In this document: positions 1 through 12,806 of the stretch, piece after piece
Position numbering within the stretch: the stretch's first letter is position 1
Layout: the number at the start of each line of letters is the position of its first letter
NCBI RefSeq assembly: GCF_964355755.1
Contig: NC_092673.1
Span: forward strand, 20,767,648-20,831,647
Direction of reading: 5' to 3'
Origin: Antedon mediterranea
Taxonomy: Eukaryota > Animalia > Echinodermata
DNA: 64,000 bases
Made by a program: the position numbers and the translations under genes
The notes under the pieces: model-generated
Seen by the model: the letters and a program-made list of their open reading frames with translations, nothing else
Told to the model about the DNA's origin: nothing
Database searches by the model: none

Positions 1-2792
1 GCGTACAAATGATGATGGGTATTTCGGCATTCCGTACGCGCGCGTCTAGTTGGTGTTTAAAAAAAAACTCCTTTTGAAAAAAAGTAACAAACGTATAAAC
101 ATATCGTAATGGAAATCTTTATCTGGATTACGTACGACATGCTCGAACAAATTGGAGCGCGTGCTTTTTATGACATTTCCATTTCCTTTATTTATCTAAC
201 CGATTATAGGTTACATCAAGAAAAACTGTTCCAAATGTAACCGTATAACTGTATATTTTTTGGTATCAATTGAAGGCCTAGTTATACATATATTTATCAT
301 AAAGTAATCAAACGTTAATTACAGATTTTGAAAGCAATTCTTATTAACCGCACCATTGTAAAAACACCTACATTTCGAAAATTGTTCTTTTCTGTGGATT
401 AGGTGAATAATGAGTAGGCCTATATATCCATGATTCACGTATTGGCGTGGTCCATTTGGTTTATTTAATTACCCGGAAAAAAATTACTTCTTTTTGTTCA
501 AAGAGCTCAAATAAACAGAGAAACAAGTTTAAATTGAGTAACTGGGCTACGAATAAAACGCTTTGAATATAAGACTATATTCTGTAATTTAAGGTAAAAA
601 CTATTCCATATACGGATATGGAAATTGAGTCAGAACCAACAAAAGTGTAATACGTGTTCAAATCTCAAGAGATCACGTGACTTATTGAAACACTATTTCG
701 TGTAAAGTTTGTATTTGAAAATACTGCAGTAATACTTGAAATGGCGGTAATGTAATAACAAAAATGTTATCAATATAAATAAGTAAAACTGGTTTTGATT
801 GAAAGATATACGCGCGCGTGCGTACGTATCCAACAAAACTAAACAAATTTGCTTTTACTTAAGTTTAAAAACGCATACTAAACAGTTGATTTGTTACTCC
901 TAATCGGACAGAAGGATATATTGCTAACCTTAGTGAACAAAGCAATTAATTATATATGAGTTTAGCTGTCAAAAGAACAAAGTGGCAAGGTCTATTTACG
1001 TTTGTTCAAATGGTACATACCAATCCTTGCATTTTAACTATTGTATATGAAGGATCAATTCCTCTATTTGCAGCATTCGTCACTAAAATTGATCGAACAC
1101 CGCAGCTGACAACAAACCGGTTTAGTGCACTCCTACAACAGCTAACAAGCGACCTTAAATTGGCAAATGCCGACATTGTGGAGGCATTCAAGACCCGCTT
1201 AGCTCGTCATTTAATTAATGGTTCCGATCAATTAATGCCCCTTAATTTAATGCTTATAAAACTATTAACCGTCTAAATCTACAACGATATTTGTTTGTAC
1301 ATACTGCTGCCTATTCTTATTAACGTTTCATTTCATCATTTTTATGTGTTTATTGAATTATTCAAATTTGGTAATATGACCTGATTAGGCCATTTCTGTA
1401 TAATTATGACCTCTATTTTGGCATCCTACTTTGTATACCATCGTATATCGACATCCGGGATACAAACTAAATGATCAATTTAAGAGTACTTTATTTTAGA
1501 ATGACAAATATTTGGGAAATATAGAAACTATTACCTTATTACAGAATATACGTATTGGGAAATCCTTTTAGATGTTTATTGTGATTGGTAAATAAGAATA
1601 TTTAACGGTAAATACGTATTGCCGGAAATAATTGATGGTAAAACGTTACGAATTAGTTGAGTAGGCCTAATATTATGCCTGATCTATTATATTGAAATTT
1701 GTAGTAGTAGTAGTAGTAGTAGTGTTTATCAATGAGAAGAAAAAAGGAAATTATGTTACAACTTTTTTTCAACAGGTTGCAGAAAATACATCCGTAACTT
1801 TAAGGAAAAAAAAAACAAATGAAAGCATTTGTCATTTATTTTTATATAATCTACTGGATTTAAATCTGTGACAATAGCTTAAGTAAAATTAGGTTAAGAG
1901 GTTTCGAGTTAAGTGGACAAGAAAGAAATACGAAGGAGGTTTCATAGGCCTAAAAATAATCGTGAGAAACCGCATTTAAAGAAGTTATTTCTAACTACTG
2001 AACTTCTATGACCCCTGACCAATAGCAATGACCAACGTTATATTTGTATAATCAGTATATATGTACTGGTTAAGGCATTAATTATGGTAAAATCCAAGCC
2101 AAACTAAGTGAATGAGCTAAGCATTATACATAGCGGAGGAAAAACTCGTTGGTATATGCCTATACCAAAATATACTAAATAATTACATTTACTTGACTCT
2201 GAAATAAACATATTTAATTAGGGCCTATAGGCCTACTTTAATACATGAATAAAAATGTCATAAATGTCTTTCATTCTACATTTTTTCTCATACAAAATCT
2301 TTCAGTTTACAATCAAGTAAAATCATGAACGCCTTAAAATGAAGAAAAAACGTTGGTTGGTAAGTTAGGTTGACGTAGTAAGAACTACGCTATCCTTTCT
2401 GGGAATATTCCAAATGTTGAATCACAATTTCACACGATGTCGTCGAATGAATGCAGGCAGCAGAATACTTGCCTCTCATTCCTACCTCATATAAAGCTTA
2501 ATCGATGTGCCGGAAATCATAGTTATGAACAAAAACAGGGGCCTAATCAACAAGGTTATGGATAATATCAAAATAGTCAGCAGCAGTGAAGTTTCCATAA
2601 ACTTTGCATTACGTTCATGCGAATACGGTAAATAAAAACCAGATGTTTTCACTTACAGTCACTATACATTCACTAAATGCCCCGATATCCGAAGAGGTAT
2701 TTGGGGACACGTCGTGTTCACGATATTCAAAATTTAGTCTTCTATAAGGTTGTTTATTGTCGGTTTATTTTAATTCCCAGCATTTATCCCAT

Positions 2793-3115
2793 TTATGAGT
2801 TGAAACGTTGTTCGATGATTAAATAAACCACCAATAAAAACGTATATTAAACTTGTTAAATAAGCATGTTGCATACAAACATAATTTATAATTGAAACTC
2901 GACGAAAACTAAAAAGTTGCGTCCAATTTCCAGTTTGGTCTATTTTACACTACGATATTTTATTATGAATTGAAACTTTATTCGATGATTAAATAAATCA
3001 CCAATAAACGTATATTAAACTTGTTAAATAAGTATGTTGCATGCAAAACATAATTTATAACCGAAACTCGACGAAAACTAAAAAGTTGCGTCCAATTTAT
3101 AGTTTGGTCTATTTT
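2793..3115. repeat. Two-copy tandem duplication, ~170-bp unit
   Basis: ttatga(g/a)ttgaaac...gaaactcgacgaaaactaaaaagttgcgtccaattt...gtttggtctatttta occurs at ~2793 and again at ~2963. Confidence 0.85.
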
Positions 3116-6100
3116 AAACTATTTTATTAAACTTTTTTTTAAATTTTGTATTCGCCGTAGTTTTTTATATTCGAGTTGAGGGTTTTTGGTGAAATATTAT
3201 TATTCTAAACACCTTACAAGTTTACTCATCGGAGTTAGGTATTGTGAATGATGGGTTAATTTCCCGTCTATATTGCATATAATTACAGCTCTTTACTTGG
3301 ACTATATTTTTCATCTTTTAACAACCTAAACTTGACAGCTGATTGGTCACGCGATCAATCCAAAGACTTCAAAACAATCGCTCTCGACAAAGTCAAATAT
3401 ATGTCAGTTTATGTCTTTTAACGTTTACTGATTTTAATACGATTGTAGAAACTAATATCAGTTTGCTTCAAAGTTCACTAACTTGTATGTAAAACAAAAT
3501 ATATTTGTATAACGAGCATACACATTTAGTATTAATAGCTCGCATAACAAGTTATGAAATTATAAGTAAAGAGAAACAATAATACAAAGTTGTATCATGT
3601 AATAATACTATAATACTATAAGGTTTCATTTCCTTCTTTCCATGCAATTTGTAAAAATAATTTACAATATTTTTCAAAGATTATAGTTGTATAGTTCATC
3701 ATAAAATTGGTTATTTTTTTGAATTGGGTATTAACAAACAAGACCGTCTTCTGTCTGCCTATGTATAGAAAATATATCTTGAGAATACAGTATAAAAACG
3801 ATAAGTTATATATATATTTGAAAAAAATGTATAAAGATGTTTGTGTTTATGACTAACGAAAAGTCAAATGATTACCAGTACATTGTACCGTATGTGTTAA
3901 TTATTTTTTTTTAAGGACAGGGTTTTCATATGATATAACTGCAAAAATGAAATACTATAATTCGTATTCGTACTAATAGTAACAGTGAAGAATTTTAGGT
4001 GTATACATTTGGTACCAACCATCGAAATGTGTTAGTTAAATAAAAATAGAAAAAAACATAACCTTAAATGACTCACGTGACATTACAGAACATTAATGCC
4101 TTATTAGATGTAAACAAACGAGTTAGAAGAATGTTCTGTTAACCTGCACATGTAGTGAGTCTATAAATCATGAAAAGATTAATGGAGTGTAGATAAATAT
4201 AGTTAATGTAGCAGTCATCGGTTTCTTTATCGCCATCAGTATTCAAAGTGTCTTTATTTACTTTGAGAAACGATGTTCGCTTTCTCGTCTGCGAATACAC
4301 CAATCCGATCGTAAATTTTCTATTTTTTTTTTACTTTTAAGTAAACAACAAGATAGAGTTGTATGTGTGTTTGATTAAAAATTTGCAAAGATAATTATTT
4401 GAAATTACAGAGCAAGTACAATTTAGTTCGAAGTTAAAAGGACAGATTAACAAAAACCCACATACGAGCACCCGCCCTACTTCTTATTTATGACGTCTTA
4501 GGTCTTTAAATTTAATTAGAAATAGGCCTACCGTTTTGCCTTCTTTAATATATTTAGGTATACTACCCCTTGCTGAAAACTTGGAAAATTTAATTTAGGT
4601 AAGCATGTTTCGACGAAACAGTGCCGATGTTTCTTCGGTGTTATTTCTTGGTATCAATTATGGTTGTTATCCTACTTTCTTGCTTACACGATTACAAAAA
4701 CAAGAGTTCGAGAAACTTTTTCAATCATCAATCACAAACAATCAAAATTATAATCAATTTTAAAATTAGTTTAGATATTATGATACAGTACACGTGTGTG
4801 TATACGACATATGAAAGTAAAATTGAGTAGTTGATTGGCTTAACGGTTGAATGACGGAGGGCTGTGAAGTAATTTAACGATTTGTTGGCTTTTAATACTC
4901 CAGAGAATCGAAACGAATTCGTTGATTGAATTAAATTAAGACAATCGTTTTTTAGTTGGAAATAGCCCGACAAAAACACCGTTTGTCAATCAAATGTATA
5001 ACTTGATATAGTAGTTTAAGGGTTTGATTATGCCTCAGTGACTTCCAGACTCACTCGTGGGATTCGTTAGAATTCAAAATCAATCAATGTTTTTGTCAAC
5101 AAACCAATATATTAATGAAGAACCTATCACACTTTCACGTCACTCAATCAATCAATCAGGTAATTTGGACTTTTATAAACGAATTACCTGTATATTTCCT
5201 CTATCATGGGTTCATGTACTTTTGCTGATAACTACGCCACGTCTGTGGCCTAGGAAATTATGTTGTGGTTGGTCACCTACTATTCAGTGCGATTTAACCG
5301 CTAATTATAGATTTCATTTTCCTCCAGAGCGGTCACATTGTCATTTTGTCTAATGTTTCCATTATCTAACGGACAATAACGCAATCATTATTAATTACCA
5401 ATCATAATTGGTCCCAGAACACCAAGGTTACGACGAACATCAAGTATATGATTAAATTACATTACATTATTTAATTCAAGCTAACGAAGTTATATTAAAG
5501 CGACATTTTACAAGACGGTTATTACAACAAATAAAACTACATACGGGTATTACTATAAAGTGCGTGCGCGTATACAGATTATGTTGCGCGTCCGATGAAT
5601 ACAATGAACATTAAATATTTCAAGATATTTACATTAACAAAAACGATATAGAAATAGGGCCTATATGATGTTAAAGTAAGATGCCCTACTTTAAATCCAA
5701 TACACCAGTAGTGTGTCGGAGTCTGCTGTAGACATAAAGATTGATTTCAAGGAAACAAGTCGATGATTGTAAAGCAAATAGTCGCATTATGATTCAATTT
5801 AATTTTTGAAATATGATATTCATTTTGCCATTGTTTCTCGAGTAACGTTTCACATTTTGATGGTTGTTAAAGTGTTGGTATTCTCTCATTTGTAGGCCTA
5901 ATCATTACATTATTGTTAACGTTGTGGGCGACGACGACGCTGACTTTTAATTGACATTAACGTAATTTGAATCGAGTCGAACACGCGGTAGGTACGGTAA
6001 TTTGTGATTGCGGTAAATTTTAGTCACTTTACTTGTTTTTAGTTTGTAGTGTTCACAAGGAAGGTGAAACATGTAGGAATCCAAAATTACTATTTTTAGA

Positions 6101-9100
6101 AGATGTTAACTACAGTAATTCATTTATGATGCATGCCTACGCAGACATCATTTGTAAATATAACAAAAATTATATTATAAAAATATTTACAATTTTAAAC
6201 AAATAATCTGAATCGGAAATAACAAAAGAAGACAAAATTAGGAACAGTCGAAAGTACATTAGGCTTAAACATTTTAATATAGGATATAAATAGAAGTCTC
6301 TTCCATAATGTAATTATTATTGTTAACAAAGTTTGTAAAATGACTCAAATATTTAAATTTTAAAATAGCAAGTCATAATCTAATCATAATATTACAAGAC
6401 ATAATAATAAACGTGTTTATCTAGAACAATTATATAACTCGGAAAACCCCCGCAAAATAATTTACTTAAAGGATTAAACGCTAACGTGCAATCCTGGAAA
6501 CACTAAACCAAACTACGTAAAAGATATACATATAGGGCCTACTTTCTTGAATTTTCTTGCTGATTAATTGGATTCAATGGTTTAATGGTTTTAAATCAAC
6601 ACTTATCCTAATCAATATTAACAATATCCCAATTTATCTCCTGTAAAAAGTACTTCACATAAACAGGCAAACACAACTGCATTCAAATATCACCTTTTAA
6701 GGATTGTATATGTATTATAAGTGGGTCACTTTCGGGGCTATCCTACATCCTACAAATACCCTGATTACGAGCCTATATACCTTAAATCCAACTCGTCATT
6801 TATTTGTCTAAATAGATAATGTAGGCCTATATCCTTTATTAATCCATTGATATTTAAATGAACCGCAATAACGTAGTAGTTAGTATCCATTCTAACAAGG
6901 TAATTTTGAGTTTTTATTTAATTTTCTTTCTTGTATGATTTACGAAACGTTAATCTAAAGTCTATTTGTTTCTATTTATTTTTGGCACCTTATGTTGAAA
7001 TAAAATGGTGCTTCGGATTTTTTTCGTTTCTTTATGACAAATTTTAATATATAATCAAATTTATCATCATGATATTTTTACTTTATCTTTTTTATGTCAG
7101 GAAAGTCCTCACTCAGTTTTAGTTTTCCCTGTTTTTGTATTTTGTACTGCGACGCATAAACTACACCTATAATAATGTAACCATTTATATTATTAACTAT
7201 TATGGGCCTACTAAAACACGAGTTGGTAACGATTATGTATGTCCCAGTGTAGGAGGTCTTTGAAACTTAAAAGCTGCTTTGTTTGCGGATGAGACCGATT
7301 AGAAAAGTGGTCTCGAGGGCACAAAATTGAGTCTCATATTTAGTTTTGGCCTAAAGCGATCTCAATGGAATGTTTATGTTTATGTGTCTCCATGCTGGAG
7401 TTGAAAAATAACGGCGTTCATAAAACGATCAGAACTTTGTAAGTTTATGATATCCAACAACACACACAAACAGAGGAGATTTTGCATTTAATATCTCGGC
7501 GTTTATCAGCACATGATTAGTAAGGGATGCGTGAAGTGCTACCTAATTGTCAGGTCCATTACTTCGCAAAGTGACACTTTCTTTCGCCAGTTCGTTTGTT
7601 TAGGTGCTTGGAATAAACCTACAGTAACAGTTGGGGTTTGATTATTCAGACCACTGTATCCTACTACTATACCTCTAGGCCGCTACTCAACAGTTCGTTG
7701 TGGCGGCTACGGATGCATCTACTTTATTGCCGTAGGGACAACTCGATAAACACAAAACAAAAACGGAGTCAATTCAAAACATATATCTGATTCCTAATTC
7801 TTATGAAATATTTCAATTAATGTAATTGTATTAATGTATAGGTCACATCTGAATGTTATAATAATGTTGTTACAGCTACACCTCACCACTGAATTAACAT
7901 GCCAGAGTTACTTGTTATAGGCCTAAGTTTAGCTTACATTATATCGCGTTTACTACAATAGTACAAGTAGTACTACATCGTTATTCTTAGGCCTATACTT
8001 ATACATACCGATGGACATTGTATCGGCCTAGACCTATTTACGCAAAAACGAGTCCACTGAAATATTAATAATAATAGGACAGGAATTTTCGTTGAAAGGC
8101 AACAAAATCGGTGATAAACGTTTTATTGGAAAGCCTAAGATTGATTACGTCATACGCGATTCACAATAATTCCAGAGAGAATGGCTTGGTTAAGCGTCAT
8201 TCCCACAATTAATGCTTTATTAACGGATTACTGTTGGTATTTAATATTGACTAATGCTATAAAAATGTCATATATCATAATATAATGTACATAGGTATTT
8301 TTCATATCTTACGACCGCAAAATAACAATTTGGATTAGTTTATTTATCAAGGCCTATTTATTGCACCGGTCAACTCTTCACTAAACAAATTCGTTTCACA
8401 ACATTCCTATACATTAAACACTTAGGCCCCTATTATTTTCTTAATTCAATGTACGAGATTCCTTTTTTGTTGGTAAGTTTTAAGAAAGTTGTTTTACCTA
8501 TAAGGCCTTGTATTCGGGGAAAAATGAATTGTGGGATGCGAAGAACAACTTGAAAATGAAATACCTCACGGACAATACCGAAGATACTTGACTTACTGTG
8601 ACAATAATCTGTTAAACTGCAGATTGAGTTACTTCAATACAAAAAAAGTCAACGAATCAACTCCAGAGATTTAGTTAAATCGGTTTGAAGTACTTTTAAA
8701 AGGAATCATTATAGTCCACATTCAATTAGATAAACATTTCACACATTAAAACTTGGTATGGTTCATTGTAAGGAGTTCCTACCAACAACCGGGTCAATGT
8801 ATTTAAAGCACCATAAAATGATCACACCGTCCGGGAGTTACTATATACTGTACCAACCGGTCAATATCTAGTATAAGGAAGATGTATAATGATTGATTGT
8901 TCTGTCATAAGACATGTACACATCAATAAATAATCTTCTCAAGATCTGGCAAAAGCTTTTACCAATTGATTACAAAGAACCGATATGTTTTGACTTGTTA
9001 CTATAAACTTACTAAAAAGTGTAAAGTACGAAACCTCGTAAAGAGGTTTTTTTCCCGACAACTACAACACTTCAAAAACACGCGCGCGTTTAAAGATTGA

Positions 9101-9689
9101 TAAATCTACACAGACGCGCGCGTTTAAACATTTATGTAAATGGACGTGCGCGTTTAAATTGATAATTGCAGACGAGCCTGCCAGTCAGCGTTTGCTCACT
9201 AATGTCTACTACGATGCCATTGTTAAAAAGACGGATAAGCCTAGGCTTACGTAAATCATGTGCAACTGGCTTAAGGAAAGTATTGGTGTAGCGATACATT
9301 CTTTGCAATGTACTATGACTTTTAGAAATAGGATTATATGTAAGCTGTTCATATTAAGTCATTGAAACATGACTGTAGAGTCATCAAAATAGTTCAATGT
9401 ACCGATTTTTTATCCTGTTTAAATGACAGTTGATACTACTTATTAGCTCAGTCTATATAATAGCAATGAGAACATAGATAACAGATGCAAATATGAACAT
9501 TCCAACCAACTGAAAGGCGGTTTAAAAATTCAGAAACAATTTTTAAGATTTCTTTTCTTAAAAATCATGACAGTGAATTTGTTATACTATATTCACTAAA
9601 AAGTCTTAAATACAGCCCGAGTTAGTAGTAACTAACTAAGATTATTATTTAAAAAAAAAACAAAAAAATGTTTGCATGCATTGACTTAC

Positions 9690-10056
9690 CGTCTTCGAGG
9701 AAACTTCGAACTGTATTAGCTCCATCTTTAAAATTTGGGGCATATCCATTTGACACCCCTTCAAGTTGTTGGTAAAGTTTCTCCATAAAAGGAGGAGTCT
9801 TCATTCGTTTTTTAGGAGGTTTTGGTATCGTCCTTAAGCCAAAAACTTCTAGCAAACGTCTCGTTTCTGCTTCAGCCGATTCGTCCAGTATCTTATCCTT
9901 TTGACGATTTCGCAGATGCCTTTGCAACTTTCTCGTAGATTCCGGATCTTTTGGAACCCTTGTGGTCTCAAAGGGTATGCTTAGAGACGTTGAAAATAAA
10001 CAGAAACATAATAAAGTGCATACAATCCTGCCTTGTAATTTGCTTTTAATCTGCAT
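9690..10056 (-). CDS. First coding exon of a TGF-beta/BMP-family ligand (signal peptide + prodomain; ADMP/BMP2-4-like). Remaining exons not found in window
   Basis: ATG 10056; hydrophobic signal IVCTLLCFCLFSTSLS; prodomain motifs RLLEVFGL..P..PPFM..LY and ANTVRSF; phase-1 donor GACG|gtaagt at 9690/9689. Confidence 0.85.
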
Positions 10057-10273
10057 GTTCCTGTTTTTTACTGTACAAATCAGTTTAATTGTCAAGTGTT
10101 GAGCTAACAACGAACGTTAAATAGAGCGTATTACCGAATAACTACCGGGGTTAAACACATTATTTTAGAAGACATTTTCAAGAAAATAAACTTTATACAC
10201 AAAATTTGAACATTTTGTTTTTTCTCCCATAGCGATGCTGCTTAATGATTGTATTTGGAATGACCGACAAGTC

Positions 10274-10281
10274 TATATATA
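10274..10281 (-). promoter_or_regulatory. Candidate TATA box of the BMP-like gene
   Basis: TATATATA ~220 bp upstream of the ATG, with CAGAC motifs further upstream. Confidence 0.4.
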
Positions 10282-11512
10282 CCAGTTAAGATACTGGTGG
10301 CGCTCTTTAATTCACCGCTGTCTTTACACGTATTCATAAGTAGTGAGAGAATTTAAAGTCAATACAAAAATATTGTCAGACCATGAGCAGACGATCGGCA
10401 GAGTTCTTAAATGGTGGCGACGACGTTAGTCGATTGCGGAGCGCGACCGGTATTTGTCTCACAACTTCCTCGCATTATCACAATAGATTTAAGCATTGTT
10501 TTGAAAATAGACAACAAAAGATTCTAATGATCTTTAAACGACTCATCTAATTATCGCCGTCAACGCTTTCATCAGTTTAAGCTAATACGGCCAATTTGGA
10601 GGTTCTTTTTGTGTTAATTTGCGGTAGTCTTTTAAGTATAGACGTTAGGTAACTGGTATGTTAGTTTTCCGTCTACGTTGGATACTGTTATGGGCGAGTG
10701 TATGTCTGCCAGCAGTCAAAACTCAAAAGGATTTAATCGGTAAGGCGAGTGAATTTGGTTCACTTTTAACACGATAATAGAAAAGAATTAATACTTAAAT
10801 AAAGTAATTATAACAAATCCGTCTATCATACCATTCCTAGCCGATTAGAAACCTATTATTTTATTCTTATTACAGTACATGATTACAAGGTTCTTTCGAG
10901 TTTATTAAATACACATATCGCATTGCTATTCCCTGCACTGGGTTGAATTTAGTTTGAAATAAAAGCAAACAAGTAATGCAAACAAATTAACTAAATAAAT
11001 AAATACATTCGTATTTATTAATTTTTTCTTTCAAAAACCAAAAGCGATGAACACAACTAGAATTTGATAAGCATAAAAATATGTGGTTAATTGACCAACA
11101 ACCTTGTATTGCGAAAGATTCATTCAGACGAGAAGTTAGCGAGCCGTGGGTTTGCTTTATATATCGGCCTCTTAATACATTTGTATTAGTTTAGTATCAT
11201 TAATAGATAATTCGATGAAGACTGTGAATTTAGACGAATGTGTCAAAATCGAGTAGCATTCCACGGTTGATTGAAAATATAGCGCCAGATAATTTTAGGC
11301 ACGTCTGTTATCTACGCCCAAAAATTAAATACACACAGACAAATCGATCTTTATTGTTGTAACGAAGTGCAAGTACAATTCGTATACTGGATCTTCAGGA
11401 TCCTCTTTTAAAAACACATTTTGATACAGTACTTATATCGTCAGTATCACGAGACCATAAAACTTCATGTTTCGTAAGATTGTACCGCGCATCTTTAAAA
11501 CGGTGCATCATT

Positions 11513-11815
11513 AAGGCGTGTGGCGCAGTGTGTTGGACGTTGGATTACCGATGGTGAGATTGTGGTTCGGATCCAACGCATTGCTTGTATCCTTAGGCAA
11601 GACACTTTACTTACATTTGCCTCTCTCCACTCAGGTGTACAAAATGGGTAGGCCTACCAATTAGATCAAGACACAACTTCGAGCTGATTACTAGCTGCAT
11701 TATGGGAGTATGTTTCCATACGTGTTTGATCCAAAAAATGACTGGGGTAATAATGTGCAGCGCATTGAGAGTTTGCGTATATGCGCTATAAGAATAAGAA
11801 TGAACTATTACTATT
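11513..11815 (+). mobile_element. tRNA-derived CORE-type SINE with LINE-like 3' tail
   Basis: A box tggcgcagtg, B box ggttcggatcc; CORE-like ccttaggcaagacacttta...cctctctccactcaggtgtacaaaatggg; tail agcgc...tgcgctataag followed by (tat/tac)n. Confidence 0.75.
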
Positions 11816-12484
11816 ATCATTCGCATACTGTACAACAAGTAGATAAAGTATATACACAATCAGTGTACTTTAAAAAAATAATATATAATAATATTTCTCA
11901 ATTAAATTTCAACTTTACTATGATAGGTCTCAGTCTTTGTTAGTTGTGTGTAACTTTAAATCGAGATGACTCGACATCCGTTGGACTCTGCGTCTACCGT
12001 AGTTTTTCTCCGGTAGTCTGTCACTCACTCTCGTTCGACAGACTCCATCCGTATAAAATGGTTGTCGATTTTTTAGTAACTGTGAAGTACTTAAATCCTC
12101 AACATTTTTTCTAGTTAACCCGACGAAAAAAAAAATCGAAAAGTTTAATATCGAATTATATAATAACCGTTTTCTACTATTGGCTGATTTTTGGCTGTTT
12201 TAATCGTTCAAAATTTGTAGGCTTAAATAATATACACTTTTGTAATCGTTACAAGCTTTACATTTAAATATGTTTAACTTTAATTTTACTTTAGGCATAT
12301 CCGATTTCATAACATTTTTTCATTTAATTTTTTTTCCTTTTTTAAACAGAATCTCTGTATATCGATTATGTAAGCATGACGGGATAGGCCTACGTCAATA
12401 TAGCTTTCCAAACGGAATTTTCTAAATTGGCAAGATACGCATTTTTAATAAGTACAGCTCACTCTTGTACTTAATAACAATTAA

Positions 12485-12806
12485 AGATGTATTGTCCCCC
12501 AAAAAAAGAAAATAAAGATTAATTAAATCAGACTTTGAATAGATTATTTTGTAGTTGCATTAATGTTAATCACTTCAGTAGACAAAAACACCGGAAACAA
12601 TTAGAGTGTTCACCAATAAAAGGACAAAATAAATGGTTAAATACAACCAAGAACCAGCCAATTTGACTATATTTTTTCTTTGAATTACAGTTTTTTAGGT
12701 AAAAGGCCTACTTTTTTATTCGATCCAATTTTTGGTCAAAGTAAATAACTATTATGTGACATTAAAATGATATATTAAAAAATATATTCAGGGGGACAAT
12801 ACATCT
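12485..12806. mobile_element. MITE with TTAA target site (piggyBac/Kolobok-type); related copies 53236-53546 and partial ~35320-35580
   Basis: TTAA-agatgtattgtccccc ... gggggacaatacatct-TTAA; shared internal cgatccaatttttggtcaaagt motif. Confidence 0.8.

Noticed and set aside
9080-9155. Clusters of acgcgcgcgt motifs (also ~35625-35710)
   Set aside because: Probably fragments of a dispersed repeat; no boundaries or function supportable
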